A stretch of DNA of 64,000 bases, taken from contig JAUGWO010000082.1 in the NCBI GenBank assembly GCA_049724395.1, positions 124,001 through 188,000 on the forward strand. Reading direction: 5' to 3'. This DNA is from Spongospora subterranea f. sp. subterranea (taxonomy: Eukaryota). Positions within the stretch are counted from its first letter, which is position 1, and the number at the start of each line of letters is the position of its first letter. Positions 27,261 through 41,843 of the stretch are shown in pieces. Under the pieces are notes generated by a model that saw only the letters and a program-made list of their open reading frames with translations, had not been told where the DNA came from and made no database searches. The position numbers and the translations under genes are program-made.

Positions 27261-29979
27261 ATGAAACAGGAGGAGGATGAACTGGGTGATCGCGATCAGA
27301 CTGATAGTGACAGCAGTAGTAGTGGTGGTGATGATGATAATGAGGTCATGGCCGTGGGCGACCAGGACCAGATCAACCTGCTCCATGAACAGGTCGGCAT
27401 ATCTGGCCCCCAAACCCCGATTCTTTGCCGCCCCGCTCAATCCATGGCTGTGCCTATAGATTGTGTTCTCCCCGACCTACGCTTCATACGAAGCGTATAT
27501 TACTGCTCTTCGCAATGCGATGCGCCTAGAAAACTTGAGGCAAGCGCGTGAAGAAATGTCATCTAGATTCCCGCTCGATACTGGTCCTTGAGTTGATCAT
27601 TGTAACTCTCAGTTCCCTGCTAATCATTTTGTATAGGACTTTGGCTAGAATGGATCAACGACGAAAAATGCATGAACAGCTCGAACGAAGTTATAATACG
27701 GCTTTTCAAGAAAGCACTTTCGGATTTCCATTCATTAGATATATACTTACAGTACACCGAATTTATCTCCAGCCTTGGCGACCACAATTCCACTCTCGCT
27801 GCTTTTGAGGAAGCTGCTGCTGCGTACGGATCACATTTTACTGAAGGGGCGATTGTCTGGGAATCTTTCCGTAGTTCTCAGTCGTCTCCTGAATTTAAAA
27901 AAAAACTTTACATTCGCCAACTTGGAATTCCATTAGATCAGATGAATAAGTCGCTAGAAGAATATCAGGACTGGCATTTGAAGACATTCAATTGTCCAGC
28001 TCCCATGGTACCAGCTTACGCAAAGGTAGATGGCAGAAACTTTTTCGCAAGTGGTTCACGTATTTTTTTCTGTTCAACAGGCTCTGGAGGTGCACACTCG
28101 ACTCTTGTCTTTTGAATCCGGACTATGCCAAGCCGATCCTATCGCGCGACGTGAGGCTTGGCTGTCGTATTTGCTTCATCAGATGACGGAAAAGAACGTC
28201 CATGTTGCTCGAACCACAAACCTGTTTGAACGAGCAGTCAAAATATATTTCAGTGACGAAATTATCTGGAGCTACTTTATTCGTTTCTTAAGAATGCATG
28301 GCGGGCCAGATACCCAGGTGGTTTCTTCGCTTGTTTATGTGAGTAATTTGCTTATCATGGTATCAGTGGTTGCTGCAAGTATGTCGACGTTCGGTTAGGA
28401 ATTGTCCATGGTCATCTTCCTTATGGTGCGAATTTGTTAGCTCAGCCGCAATTGCAGACCCAACCCTCAAATTGGTTAGTCTAGATCTCAGCGTTCGCTT
28501 TCGCGATTTTAATTCACGGTCCAGGCAAACGACACTTTACAAGAGGCGCGCTCGCAAAATTTCTCTTCCAGCAATGATTTTATTCGTGTTACTTTGGAAT
28601 TAATCTACTTGTTTGTGAATCTTGCCCGTAGCTGCAGTTCTACAGATTATTCTGAGGAAATTCGAGCACTTTTCCAAACAGCGTCTGCATATGCTGAATA
28701 TACGGACAGTACCGCAACCATCACTGACATCTCTTTTAACCTTTATCGGTTTTGGGCCGACGTTGAAAGAGGCTGTTTTCATGATCTTCCTCGCGCCCGC
28801 CAGTGTTGGGACATCATTTTACAAAGCGCTGGGAAGCATTTTGATTGTTGGCGAGCATATCTTCAGTTTGAGCAACAAATTGGCGATCCTATAAAGTGCA
28901 GGAAAGCTTTCAATCGTGCCCTTCATCTTTTTCAGCATGAACTGGAGTTAGACTTCTTTTGCTCTCAATGGATATCGTATGAGAGCGAGCATGGATCAGT
29001 AAGGTCACGCGATGACGCATTTGTCAAATGCTCTACCCTTCAGCATAAACGGCGGCCCCTAGGAATGCAAGAACAACTGCAATCGTCGTCAAAGAGAAAG
29101 TCGGATTTTACAACCGAAGAAGTTTCTTCCAAACGAGCGAAAGCGCTGACTTCCGATGGTCAAGAAGATCTTGCATTAAAACCAGCTTCAGCCATTGCGG
29201 AATCCAGAAAGACAGCCTTCATTGTTAATTTACCACATCAGATTACTGAGATGCTAATACGTAAAGCTTTCGAACCTTTTGGCGATATTGTTGCCGTTCG
29301 TCTGCCGACCGATGTCCGAGGACATACACGCGGGTTCGGTTACGTCGATTTTGCCTCTGAAGGTTCTGTCAATTCGGCAATACAAGCGATGAACCGGACA
29401 GAATTCCATGGCCGCATAATTACCGTTGAACATTGTAGAAGCGATTCGACAAAGAAGGCTAAGCGTAGCGTGCCAGCAAACTCAGATGTTGATGGACGTG
29501 TCGAAAAGAATATAGTTTTTTTGAAAGGTTTCGATAAGACGAAGTCACAAGCTGCGGTGGAAAATTTTTTGCAGAAAAAGTTCGAGCATTATGGGACTGT
29601 GAGACATATTCGAGCTCCTCCTGGAATCAAAGCCGGAACATTGAAAGGGTTCGCGTATATCGAATTTGAGGGCGATGATCAAGCGTTTTCTGCCTTACGC
29701 GAAGACGGTTTTGAATGGGATGGTAATATTGTATCTGTGAGCATTTCTAAACCCCCTTCTCGACAAAAACCGGTATCGCTGTCCAAGTCCTCCAACCGAA
29801 ATGTTCATTCTGGTCTTACCAAACTTCCTCAAGTGCCCTCATTCAAGCAAAACTTCAGGAAGCCAAGCCTGGACGTTCCAGTGGCTGCGACACCGATCCA
29901 TCGCGCTCAGGAAGCTGCTAGAAATGAATTACCAAAATCCAATGATGATTTCAGAAACCTATTTATAAAAAAATCGTAA
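27261..29979 (+). CDS. SART3: SART3/Prp24 U4/U6 recycling factor (HAT repeats, 2 RRMs, LSm-interaction motif)
   Basis: HAT-like repeats, RNP1 motifs RGFGYVDF and KGFAYIEF, C-terminal KSNDDFRNLF. Confidence 0.93.
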
Positions 29980-31878
29980 ACTTTCTTCTCGTAATCAGTT
30001 TAGGTGACGAACTTTGCGTGTTGCGCAAGGAATTTATACGGGTGGCAAACGCGAAGATATCGGATTGGTGTGATTGTTCGGTGAACCCTTTTAATCCATG
30101 ATAATCGCTTATCCAAAACAACGCAATTATGACCCGGATATCCGTCCCTAGAACCAGCTGAGTTCGTTGAGAAAAGAGACGGCAGATCTTGCGTAGAGCA
30201 CGATCTCTCGATATGTTCAGCTGCCGTCGGGCGCTGCGGAATGCACTTACCTGCCACGAGCTCAAAGTCCCCCCATCTAGCCCGCTCGAAAAAGATATTC
30301 CTGCTTTCATGAGGCGAATAATCACGAGAGCGTCGGTCATTTCTCGTTGTGGAGTCCATAGGGGATTGGACCACCGTCTTAACGCGCGTCCGTCACCACA
30401 TTCTCGTGCTATTCTGATAGCTTCTCTCCTGATCTCTAGGGGGAATTCCGGCCAAGCCAGCGACTCATTCACGGCCGATTGCACACGATCGCATCCGAGA
30501 AATATCTCAACGCACTCATAATTCTGGGCGATAATCGCGGCCTTCATTGCTGCACAATTAAGCGAGACTGGATCAGATCGCCCATCCGATATCAATGCCT
30601 GCACCACATCGGTATGCCCAAATGCCGACGCCAATATCAATGCCAGACTATGCCTGGCGCCAGGATCAGCTCGTCCGTTGTCTAGTCTGAATATGAATTG
30701 AGATGCGACTCAAGTGACAGTTGAGATCGGTCCATCTTACAGTAATTTCACGACCGATGCTTGCCCATTTCCTGATGCTCTCCATAATCTATGAAGAAGA
30801 CATTAGCTTCTTTAGAACACATCCAGACTCAACACATACGCTTCCGATGCTCGTGCAGCGGGATCAACGTTCCTGGCTGCGATCAGCAACTGTGCTGACT
30901 CAACATGTCCATTATGGCAAGCTAGACGAAATGCCCACGAATCTGAGCACCCTGGATCCACTGATGACTCCTTCAACAGCATCTCGACGACAGTGCTGCG
31001 ATTATTGGCGGCGGCGATCGCCAAGCAGATACCCTTATATATGTCAGGGCGAACGCCAGGCTCTGAGAGTATCCTTGCTACGATTTTAGTGTGTCCATGT
31101 TCACAAGCTAAGAAGAGGGCGGGTTTATGATTATCACTCATATTCAAGCCCGATATCGACAGAATCTGGGAGACGATCTCGGAACTTCCTCCAAACACAG
31201 CGCATTGCAGTGCAAGAGACACATGGCGATCATCGATAACGACCCCGGATCCGATCAACTCCTTGATCGACTCCGATCGCCCGTGGAAACACGACACAAT
31301 GAAGGCGATATCCGTTGCCCATCTCGTCAAACTCGACCCATCCATCAGCATACGGATCAGATATGGATCACCAACCCATGCGGCGAGAATCAATATCGAT
31401 CCCGATGCCGCAGACAATCCCAACCTGGCCATGGATTCCAGGGCGGTGATGACTGTTCCTAGATCGCCATCGATGACAGTCCAATCCGGATTGTCGCCAT
31501 GACCGTGAAACCTGTTTGCCCGAACGTCGTGGTATATCTGGTAAAGTCGCTCAAGGCCAATGCATGTGGCTGTACTCAGCTTGCATATATGCCAGGCGGA
31601 GACCCAGAATGATTTCATGATGATCTCCGAGAAGCGATTACAGGGTCGGGACTCGGACCCGCCTCGAATATCTGAGGACTGAATGAACGGGCCATTATCG
31701 TCAACATCGTCCATTCCCTCCTCATCGTAAACAGCTGCGATATATCTCGGGATGACGAACCCGATTGCGCTCGACACATAGTCGGACAGATGGCGAATCA
31801 CCAGCTCACGATCAGATCCGTTTGTCCCATGTTGTTGGCGGTTACTTGTGCGAAACGACCCGGATAGGCAAGGGACAT
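29963..31878 (-). CDS. Ankyrin-repeat protein
   Basis: ALFLACEHGHTKIVARIL, AFRLACHNGHVESAQLLI, LILASAFGHTDVVQALI; start at 31878 requires a 41-nt GT-AG intron. Confidence 0.85.
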
Positions 31879-32110
31879 GTCTAACAGCAAATAATCAAAA
31901 CAATGAGCGATACGATGCGGATATAGTGAACAAACATCGATGGTGGGAAACTGGTGTCGATATCAGGTTTGAGTAACTGCCCATCTGCCATGACGATAAT
32001 AAGGTTGTTCTACTTCTTCAACCGGCTCTGTTGATCGATTCAAAGTACCCTCAGACAAGTGTAAAAAAGGGCAATGATGCTGATGATATTTTATAACAAT
32101 GAGGCTGTGA

Positions 32111-32525
32111 TCACTTTGGTGGAGTACTAGAGTCTCGTGGACCGCCGCTCATAGCGTCGTTCAAATCTGGAAATATGCTGGTGGAGCGACCGTGAACGTA
32201 CTTTCGTACAGGATGTTCATAGAATGTTTTGCCTTTCTCATAATTGTCTCGAATCTGATGACCGCGGTTTGTTTTATCCATGCTGATTAGCGATGATGAG
32301 CATTGAACAATAATGAATCCCAATATTGCCTACTATACTTCAGGATGGTACGACACCATCCGGTACATGAAATATGAGCACATCCCTGCCGCTCCTACCC
32401 CTACTGCCATAATCGGCCACGTCTGGAAAAATAATAGATATCAGCTACTTCATGGTTTTCATCCATGGCAATGAAACAGGTCGAACCGCGGGATGGTTGA
32501 ACCATTTATACAATGGAAGCGACAT
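32111..32525 (-). CDS. B12D/NDUFA4 (MLRQ)-like small mitochondrial membrane protein
   Basis: Three exons give MSLPLYKWFNHPATWPIMAVGVGAAGMCSYFMYRMVSYHPEVYMDKTNRGHQIRDNYEKGKTFYEHPVRKYVHGRSTSIFPDLN, matching the plant-type B12D pattern. Confidence 0.82.
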
Positions 32526-33650
32526 GATATCTTGGCGATAAAACCCGTTCAACCTATTTGTCAGGCTGTGCTTTATGCCGAGTTGGCCAGGGCATTAATT
32601 CTCTGACTGTGACAGTAATAACCCTAGATAGAGTCATCCATAGATACGGTCAAACGCCAGACCAGTCATCATGGCCCGCGTCAACTTACACACCCATCGG
32701 CCCCGCCGCCCCATTCTCCATCGTTGTTGGCCGGATTGGCAAATTCACCCTTGCCAGCTCGTGCTGTAAAACAACCTGCAATAACAGTCGGGGGCCTGGT
32801 GGTGACAGGTCTCGCTCTGCCAAATATCGGCGGCAATGTCGAAGTTATGCTTCGTTAACAAACACAAATTATACATGGTCGCAAACGGACAGTTAGATGG
32901 TCGTACGTATGCCATGATTGATGATCGCGAGGGAGTTCGACACAAGCATATGGTGAAATGGCAGGAACCGAGCCCAATTTTATTAACCAATACGATCTTC
33001 CCTTGTCAGAAACCATATCTACTGATAACATGTTAATGACACCGACATTTTCGTCATCACAAACGTATGAGTTTGTGCCCAAAGGCCGCCCTTGCCCGTG
33101 CGACGTGGCACCGAGGTACCGCCATTTGGCCCTAGAGTAGATATGGGTACTACAGACCTAACTACTACAGACCTAATACAAATGTGTTGAACGCAATCAC
33201 AAAAAAAAAATAAAAAAAACTTTCGTCAGTGTGACGTCAATGTGTAACCGATTCATCACACAGATGTTTATCGTAACGCTAAACCTATCGTCCTACTGTA
33301 TACAGACTGTGGTGTGGCTCCTCTCCAAAAATGGCGTGTGATAAGTGGGGTACCCCCTGGAGGCGACGGATGGGTCCGTCCGTGCGGTGCACATCAAATT
33401 TACGACACCACGAGTCACGACCACAATCGTAAGGGCTGCGCTGTCTATACCTAATCAATTCCCAAAAGATCATCCCATTTTAACTCGTGTTGATTATACG
33501 GGCGACACTTCAATTCCCTGATCGCGTTCTTATCTTTCCATTGGTGTTTTTCCTTTTTGCCGTTTGTTACCTTGCTCCGGCAATATTGACGTACTGCCCA
33601 TTTCGCTCAAGCTGCTACCGGCGCGGGCGTTTATTTGTCGGCGAAGGTAG

Positions 33651-35911
33651 ATGGCTCCGGAAAAATCACGAATATGGTTCACGATTAGAGTTATCTTGCC
33701 AAACGGCGAGCAATCGGTTCAGCTTTGCCATGGAATGTCTACCGTTGGACAATTGAAACAGATGATGCTGAAGAAGAAACCGCATTGTTTTCCTACTCAA
33801 CCTCAAATGGAATCGGGTATCATCGCTAGATTAGCTATTGCGAAGCATGTGAGGCGTTGACAAAACATTAGTTAAGTTCCGAGTGAACTGACATTGCAGC
33901 TTCTTCCTAGTTTGCACTTGTTGATCAAGATTCACTCCTCTCCGTTCTGTCAAGATGGCCACTATTCAGGGAGTCTAATGATAGCAATGTCGTCCCTGAC
34001 ATTTTGCTTTTCGCTAAAAACGATATGAATGACAAGCAGAAGATATCGGTCTTTGCCAATCTATTTTCTCCATTTTCATATGCAGTTGATGACGGATTAT
34101 GCGGCAACAGGAGAAGAAGGTCAACGAGGGTGAGCCAATAATCGCCATCGGCACGTTATGGAGGAAAAGGAAGAACTCCTCCAAATTCAAAAAACAATTT
34201 TGCGTAATTCAAAGGTGATTAGACTACTTTGCGTCGTTGTCGAATGCAAAACTGACACCATATAGTTATACGTTTTTCTCCTATGACTCTGAATCGGATT
34301 ACAAAAAACACCGGCCCGCGAATAATGCCTATTCGCTAGGGGCATGTCAGTTTATGGTGTCAACTGCATCCCCATTCACATTTCAAATAGCTGTAAATAT
34401 ATCATCACCTGGTACCCATTTTTGACATTCTGAACCCATTTGTCTGCAGGTTGAGCATTTATGTCCCGGTAAAACGCTTGTACTTAAAGCCGGGGACTGC
34501 AGTGATTTCCAAGTATGGACCAAAGCCTTGGAAACCATTGGGTACAGATATGCCAAAGTAATCTCTTATTTAACCGTTTCGACGGTTTTGTTGATTATTC
34601 GCTAAAATCAGTGTCACCTGATTCGTCTGGTGGACATGCTGGAGACACAGTTCGGGCTTGACTCTGAAGGGTTGTTTCGAGTCTCTGGGACTCAGCTCTG
34701 TCTTCAGGCGCTAAGAATGAGCTGTGAACGAGGGATTGTTAACCTAGAGACGCAGATCGATGAGGTATCGCCGACGTTCACGGCCTGGCCACTGTACGAA
34801 ATCTAACCTGGAATTGCAGTACTCTGTTTGCGGCATGATCAAAACCATTAGTCGTCAACTTAACCCTCCTCTATTCACGCATACCTATTACGACGATTTT
34901 ATGCGCCTAGTTGGCACAACAGGTTGGCTTTGCTTCCTTTGTCAAAAAGTTCTTACACCAGAATAGATAGGACAATTAGTGTATCTCAAAAATGTGATCG
35001 GCTTCGGGATATATTTTCTGCCCTACCTCCAATCCACACCAGCTTGTGCGAATACTTTATCGAGTTTTTGCAACGAATCAGCTCCCGAGCAATGAACAAC
35101 AAGATGAACTCTTATAACCTTGGCGTTGTCTTTGGGCCCAATTTTTTACGTCGAGCTGATCAGAGCAACGATATTTACAGGTACAATTGGAGCGATGTAA
35201 TTAGCAAGATCATTACTGAACTTAATCGTAGTGGTAGCCAGCAACAAGATCTTGTTGCATTTATTATCGAGCATCGAAGGGATATATTCCGTCCTACGAC
35301 TTTCGAAGATTTCCTCCTTCATAAATACGACGATGCGGCATGGAATGACGAAGCGTCTCGCTCCATGTCTTTAAGCTCCTTCGTTAATTTTCCCCAAACT
35401 GAAGCTCCCGGCTCGTTGAGTTCCTTAAGGTTTCCTAGCCCTCCTTTGGGGAATAAGAATTCTACCAATGTAAAACATTGACCGAGTCGAGGTTCTGGTT
35501 TGAAATGGGAATTTTGGCAGGAACAGGAAAGGGACGTCGAGTCAAATGATACTGTCACCGACGAGGTTCCAGCGCAGGTCCGAGGATTACTGGAATCAGA
35601 TGACGACACTGAAGATGTCGTTGATATTTGCTCCGAGATGTCATCAATTCACGCCGAATGGGATGACGTAAGTACTTGTGCTTAGCGATCTCCCTTGACA
35701 TTGAGCAATCATTTAGCACCTGAACAGCCTTTCCCAATCCCTGTCAGAAGTTATGGCGAAGTCGCGAGATACTATAAGTAATGCCAAACCCATGCTAGCG
35801 GCAAGACTGGCCTGTTGCCTGGAAACCGAGCGAGATTGGAGAGGCAAAGCGGAAAAAAATGCAAAAATGATGTTGCAGTTGTTGGACAAAATCAATCAAC
35901 GTTCAGGGTAA
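33651..35911 (+). CDS. Ubiquitin-like + PH + RhoGAP domain protein
   Basis: GTLWRKRK..FKKQFCVI (PH); EGLFRVSG, KMNSYNLGVVFGPNFLR (RhoGAP with arginine finger). Confidence 0.88.
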
Positions 35912-35966
35912 TAAAAAAAAAGCATCCGATATATAGGTTTGTTTAATCGATAATATTGAGAAATGA

Positions 35967-38272
35967 TTATGCGCCCTCCACGATGGCTGACCCATCAGGA
36001 TGGCGAGAAGTGGGCCTCGGCTTATGCTTATTTCGGAGAAACCGAGTATCCACAGGGTCGAACCCTTTCTGATTGTCATTGTAAACAGCCCATGATGGGG
36101 TCTCTTCAGCATAATCAGTGGGGGAAAACGCTTCTCCAGACAGTGCAAGCTGAGAACCAACATTATAGAGGGAAAGCAAAACAATCATAGAAAACATACC
36201 TCGTTGAATCGATCGTAGTTGATCCATGTTTTCCAGCGGCCATCAACCTTGAATTTGGTACTTGCGATGAGGACGCAACAAGAATGCTCATGTTCACAAG
36301 AAAGTTCATAATCACCGTTGCCAATTTTTGTACATAAACTTTCACAGAAGTCTCGAACCTGCCAATAACGCAACAAAATTTACCGAATTGGGAAACCGAT
36401 CAAAATAATCTAACCTCGGAATGGAATGGAACATTTTGCATAGTGAGGTCTGACTTATCATTGGCCCCACAGAACGTGACGCCCTTGACTTCAATGAAAC
36501 ACGGGGCGCCAACAGCAACTAGCCGAGCATATCGATCAACATCATCCATATTATACCCTTTGAGGAGTGTTAAACGGAATACGGTTCGCTGATTGCTCGC
36601 TTTAACTGCCTCAAGAGATCCAATGAACCTAAGTACGCGAAGTCAGCAAATTACGGTTCGCCCAACGCACCCGATTTACGGAGACCTTTCCCAAAAATCA
36701 GAGAATAAAGGTCGATCCACTTCCTTCAACGTGTCTTTGTCAGCTGCGTCAATCGAGACATAAAGTTGGGTCACGGGAACTAAACCCGTGATAAGATCAG
36801 GAAACTGCAAAACCTTTTTTCAACAGCCAAAACGGAGTACGACATTGATGAATCACCTGAGCATTAGTGACAAGAAAGGTGGATATAGCTCTAGAATGCA
36901 TCATGTTGACTAAAGTGTTTATCTCCTATAACAGGGCTCAACCTGGTTGCACAAGCTAGTGGATTGCGCTAGAACCTACGGGATACCTAAAAAGTACAAA
37001 ATTCTCAAAAACAATGCCAAAACAACATGAAGTGTTGCTAACATAATAGGTTCACCAACCAACGATAAGGCACAATGGCGGACATTGAACGCTTCCTGGA
37101 ATCTTTCTGGAATAACGCCTGGAACTCCTAATGGCCATGATCATGTTATGGATTATTGGGTGATTTTGCAGTATCATGTGGGGAACCTTTCATCTGGTTG
37201 ATCATCTTCCGATGTTGTTCGATGGCCCCGTCAAGAATCATCTCGGGAGCGTCCTGTTTCCATCGCCACTCGGTCCCGACAGGATTGGTTTGGTGTCTCC
37301 AGCAGAACACACATTTGTTGGCGCACGCTAGACTTGGAGTCATCTCCATACACTGATAGCTCGTGATCCCATAGAATGTGTGCTTGTAGCAACCACCTGA
37401 ATCCGATCCTTAGATCTCGCCAAGTTCAAATCCCAACAATACCAGGTGTACCTCGGCCACGAAGTTGTGCTTTCGTCCATCTGCACATCTTAACCCCCGA
37501 ATGTGACCCAATAATTTTATACCCTTGTTTGGACAGATTAGCTCGTAGTTTAGGAGTGACCATATCGGCCGACTGCTTCGATGCAGTTTTCGACATGATT
37601 TCGCCCATGTCTTCAACATCGACCGCCGCTTCTCGACCAGGGAGTGTGTGCCCACGATCCAATGCATCCCAAACGTCGCTGACCCAGTCCTGAATAGCGT
37701 CCCCGTCCGAATGGCAATCCGACAATACAGGGGGGGTTAGCGCCATTGCTTGAAGGCCAACCATGCTATCGTGTAGCGACAATGCAGCCAGATTGAACCT
37801 GACGAATCCGTCAAAATTCGATTTAAAATTGGGAACATGGCGATAGTGACAGACTGTTCATCATATGCACGATCGCCGGAACCGAATACGGAGAACTTGA
37901 CCGTCGACAGGAACCCTTTAGGGACACGAACATCGTGTTCAGCATCTCGTAGCCAATCGCAGAAAAACTTGGCATCTGGTGGCGCCTGCCCGCCCGAATA
38001 TGTGGATATGACCATCATGACAACGTCATATGAGCACATATCTTCGGGATCCATCTGCAATCAGTTGATCGTAAACCATAGCCAGCGATGTGGACGATGC
38101 GCGATGGGACAACCTTGGACATTGACGAAACGCGAATACGTGATCCAGCGCCAGGGAGCGGATTATCTGATAATCCACCCATTATCCGCAATTCATCGTG
38201 GACCCGTTGCGATAATCCACGACAATATCCGGAATACGACCCATACAGAATCAGGACATCACGTGTTCCCAT
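35967..38272 (-). CDS. TYW1: tRNA wybutosine-synthesising protein 1 (flavodoxin + radical SAM)
   Basis: Flavodoxin ILYGSYSG / FSVFGSGDRAY; GYKIIGSHSGVKMCRWTK; TPSLACANKCVFCWRH (CxxxCxxC); EHEHSCCVL. Confidence 0.96.
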
Positions 38273-39220
38273 GGACGATATTCGCCGTCTTTTCACCTCA
38301 GCCGACCTGGAGTATTTCCGATATTTGGCCGACCCTCCCCAATACCCTCACGGACTCCGTGGTTTCCAACCAACTTTGCCGACCAAATTTCTGACTCAGA
38401 TTTGCGGAAAGCTGTTGGAAAACCTTCACAAAATAAAACAAAAATGGCGTCCTAGCGTGAAAATCCGATAGCTGTTGAATAACGAGCGATCCTGATAATG
38501 GTTCAAGTTACTGTATTATTTCGAGTTTCATCAACAAGTTTCAACATCATTCTTTACTGCGAGTCTGATCAATGCGCGATGGCAAAGTTTCAGGTCGTGT
38601 TTTCGACAAATTCCAGTACGGCACTTGATCAGTGACAGCAAACTCACGCGATGATCGATATTGTATCATCATTGACGTGTCTTGTTCATTTCAACAAATC
38701 CGAATTGTAGATCTACACTGTAGTCAACCATCGATTAGTCAGCTAGAGCAGCAGATAGAGAGTCGGGTCGTTAACTTGGCGATGCCGATCTTGTGTTTTC
38801 ACAGGTTTTGACCATCTCCAATAGTGAGAAACAGCGACACACAGGATAGCATCGAATTGTCATTATCAGCCCAGAGAGTGGCTCTGATGGCTGGGATTGC
38901 TTGTGATCAATGCCATTAACGGACGTCGAGTTTGCGGTCGATTCGTATAACCGCTGCTTTTGCTTTGCCTGTCGACCGCAGCATACGCAGCCATGACCTG
39001 ATCGTCGGTCAGTTTCTCATCAAAACAGCCCATGACAATGACATGAACTGGTTTTGAGACTTGAGGGGCTGTCGCAGCGCCACCCACATGGTACACACCA
39101 GTGTATGTACTGTCAGTGGTCCAGTCCATGTGTCGGTGTACCGCCGCAGCCTCTCCCCTAAGTCCAGCTGTATTGCACTTATTATCATTTCTGTAATCGA
39201 CCTGCGATTGACTATTGCTA

Positions 39221-41010
39221 ATGGCGCATGAGAGAATCTCCATCACAGTTGTTTTGCAGGGAGATTCAGGCCTCATCGTCTGCTTTCCAGTCGATAGCAA
39301 TCAGCTTGTCGATGAGATCAAGGCGATGTTGGAAGCTCATTGGGGAATCCCCATGGCTAGTCTCCTGTTATCATTTCACGGTCGAATATTAGGCGATACT
39401 GAGCGATTAGATGCGGCTGGTGTCTCGTCAAATGGTATGAAATATAATTTTATAACCTGATATGAACGCTCATCTAACGTTTTAGACTTACTTCAAGCCG
39501 AAGTCAAAAATCCTTCCCAAAGTCATGCACCGGCTCCACTATCTGTTGATCAACAAGCGATATTGCTCAGAAATCAGATCAGGTCGAACGCTGCGATGAT
39601 GCAGCAACTTAGAACGGTAATATGAAATTGATAATACCCATAGCCATAGTCCGAGCCGACTCCATATATATAGACCAATCCTGCCATTGCCGATGCAGTC
39701 GTAAACGATGACCCAGCAGTGTTCCAGGTATTTTAGACCCCTTGTTTTAATGTTGTCAATCTGTAATTTGTTATTCAGCGCTTGATGCACGAGCAACAAA
39801 GGGTATTAGCTGAGAACCGCTTGCGGGTAAACGAGTAGTGCTAGCTCTCGATCCTGTATGGGGATTGAATCAATTCAGGACTCTCAGCGGTCTGCTGCAA
39901 TGAACGCGGATCCGTTCAACGAAGAGCATCAACGCGCGATTGAGGAGGTGAATTATGCCTTTGCCCCTCATACTTTTTTTGTTAAGGACAAGTTTAGGAA
40001 ATTCGGCGAAACAACGTGCAATCTAATATGGAGGCAGCAATTGAGCATAACCCAGAAGCGTTCGCAAGAGTATATATATCTGTGGAGAATATTTAATTAG
40101 CAATCCCACATCTTTTTCATCAGGTCTGTATGTTGTATGTCAACTTGCGTGTTAACGGGAAATCGGTAGCTGCTTTCGTTGATTCCGGAGCTCAAGCATC
40201 AGTGTAATGCTGTATTTTAACTTCCGTGTATACGTTTACTGATTACTCCAAGTATGTCTTTGAAATGCGCGAAATCCTTAGGAATCGCACATCTCATTGA
40301 TACCCGTTTCGCTGGAATTGTCAAAGGTGTCGGAAGCGCAAATACCTGCGGCCGGGTAGGTAAACCGCCGACTTCTTTTTGATGTTGTTGATTAATCTCA
40401 ATGACAGGTGCATTACGTTGAAATCCAAATAGGTTTGATCCGTTAACCGTCAGGTACAGTTTTAAACTCTCATTTACATGCCATGGAACAGGCTCGCAAT
40501 ACGTCGCCGCCAGCTTAACCATCGTAGACGGCGTTGATATCGAGTTTCTTGTCAGTTGGTTTTCGGAGTCATTGCTTTAAGAATCTGCTAATCATTGTGC
40601 AGTGGGGGCTTGATATGCTGAAAAAACATCAAATGTGCATCGACTTAGAGAAGAATTGTCTGCGTTTAGGTCATGAAGAAGTCAAATTTTTGAATGAACA
40701 GGTATGTTTGATACATGAGGATCTGCCATTTAACATCATGGTTCAGGACATTCCTAACTGGACAAAACCAGATTCTGAAACTACAGAAGAAGCCAAGTCC
40801 CAGGGTCCATTGAGCCCCCGGCCCATTATACCAACGCCTGTTGGTTCTACTGCTCCACCAAGAACGAACGTTGCACCACCGTCTGCTGCAAATTCAGCAG
40901 ACATTGCGACACTAACTGGATTAGGCTTTTCGCAAGACCAGGCCGCTCGTGCACTGGCCGCATGTGGAGGGAATGTGGAGATGGCAGCCGGCTTACTATT
41001 CAGTCAATAA
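39221..41010 (+). CDS. DDI1: DNA damage-inducible protein 1 (UBL, retroviral-type aspartyl protease, UBA)
   Basis: N-terminal UBL, ADPFNEEHQRAIEE, MLYVNLRVNG..AFVDSGAQ, IDTRFAGI, GLDMLKKHQMCIDL, C-terminal UBA. Confidence 0.95.
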
Positions 41011-41843
41011 CGGTCGTGAAAGAATATATATATGTAATTAGTGATGGTTATAAATACCGGAACGAGCATGAGAAATAATGTTTTGAAGTATGGGGTTGTT
41101 CTGCATATGTTCAGGAGGTTGAGTTTTGCCAGTAACCCATGAGACTACATCTTGAGTTCCTTCTTCTAAAAACAGAAGTTAGAGAAAAAATAGACTGATG
41201 ATGAAAGAGGGAAAACCTAAAATAGCCTCGAAATGATCAAGACCATCAGCATCGAGGGTATGCGCGTTGCGAGACGCCCATGTTCCAAGAACTAACTCAG
41301 CTTCTTTCATTCCGAACTGCCAGCAGCGCCAAACTCCCCGTTTAACCCGGGTACTGTGGCTGAGAACGTTCATCGAACAAATCCTTTCGACCCACAACGG
41401 TTTAAGGCGTTTAACCTGATGAAATGGCACTTGACGCAGTTTACCAGGCCTGGCGGCAGCCACCTCTTTATGGCCAATGCTGTCCACTGGATTGTGTCGA
41501 TCGCGTTTTGCAATTCTGCATTGGGAGTTCGTCTGCAATTTTGAATGTTCCTCCTATGTGCTTCAAGAACCTTTGTATTTTCTCTGTGCATTGCCGTGAA
41601 ATGCCGCCTCCAGCATAATAGCGCAAGGAGAAAAACCAATTATCTATTGGACTGGTCGTTATGAAAGCTGGCTGAGACCGCAATCCAAGGGTTGAAATCT
41701 ACCTGTTCTTTTTCGAAACAATTTTCAGATACTCTTATCTCTCAAAGTGTAAGTTCAGAAACTTTTGGAACGGATTTTGTATTTGCAGAATGGAGTGGGT
41801 AAGGAGGGTGCTTTGTCAAATTTAACAAAATAATATGTCGAGT

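Noticed and set aside
31801..31830. Apparent frameshift at the ankyrin gene start
   Set aside because: Resolved by an upstream ATG (31878) and a 41-nt GT-AG intron.
32912..32930. ATTGATGATCG resembling U3 snoRNA box C
   Set aside because: No boxes A/B or correctly placed box D.
38440..39300. Possible small gene or ncRNA between TYW1 and DDI1
   Set aside because: No recognisable product or consistent splice model.
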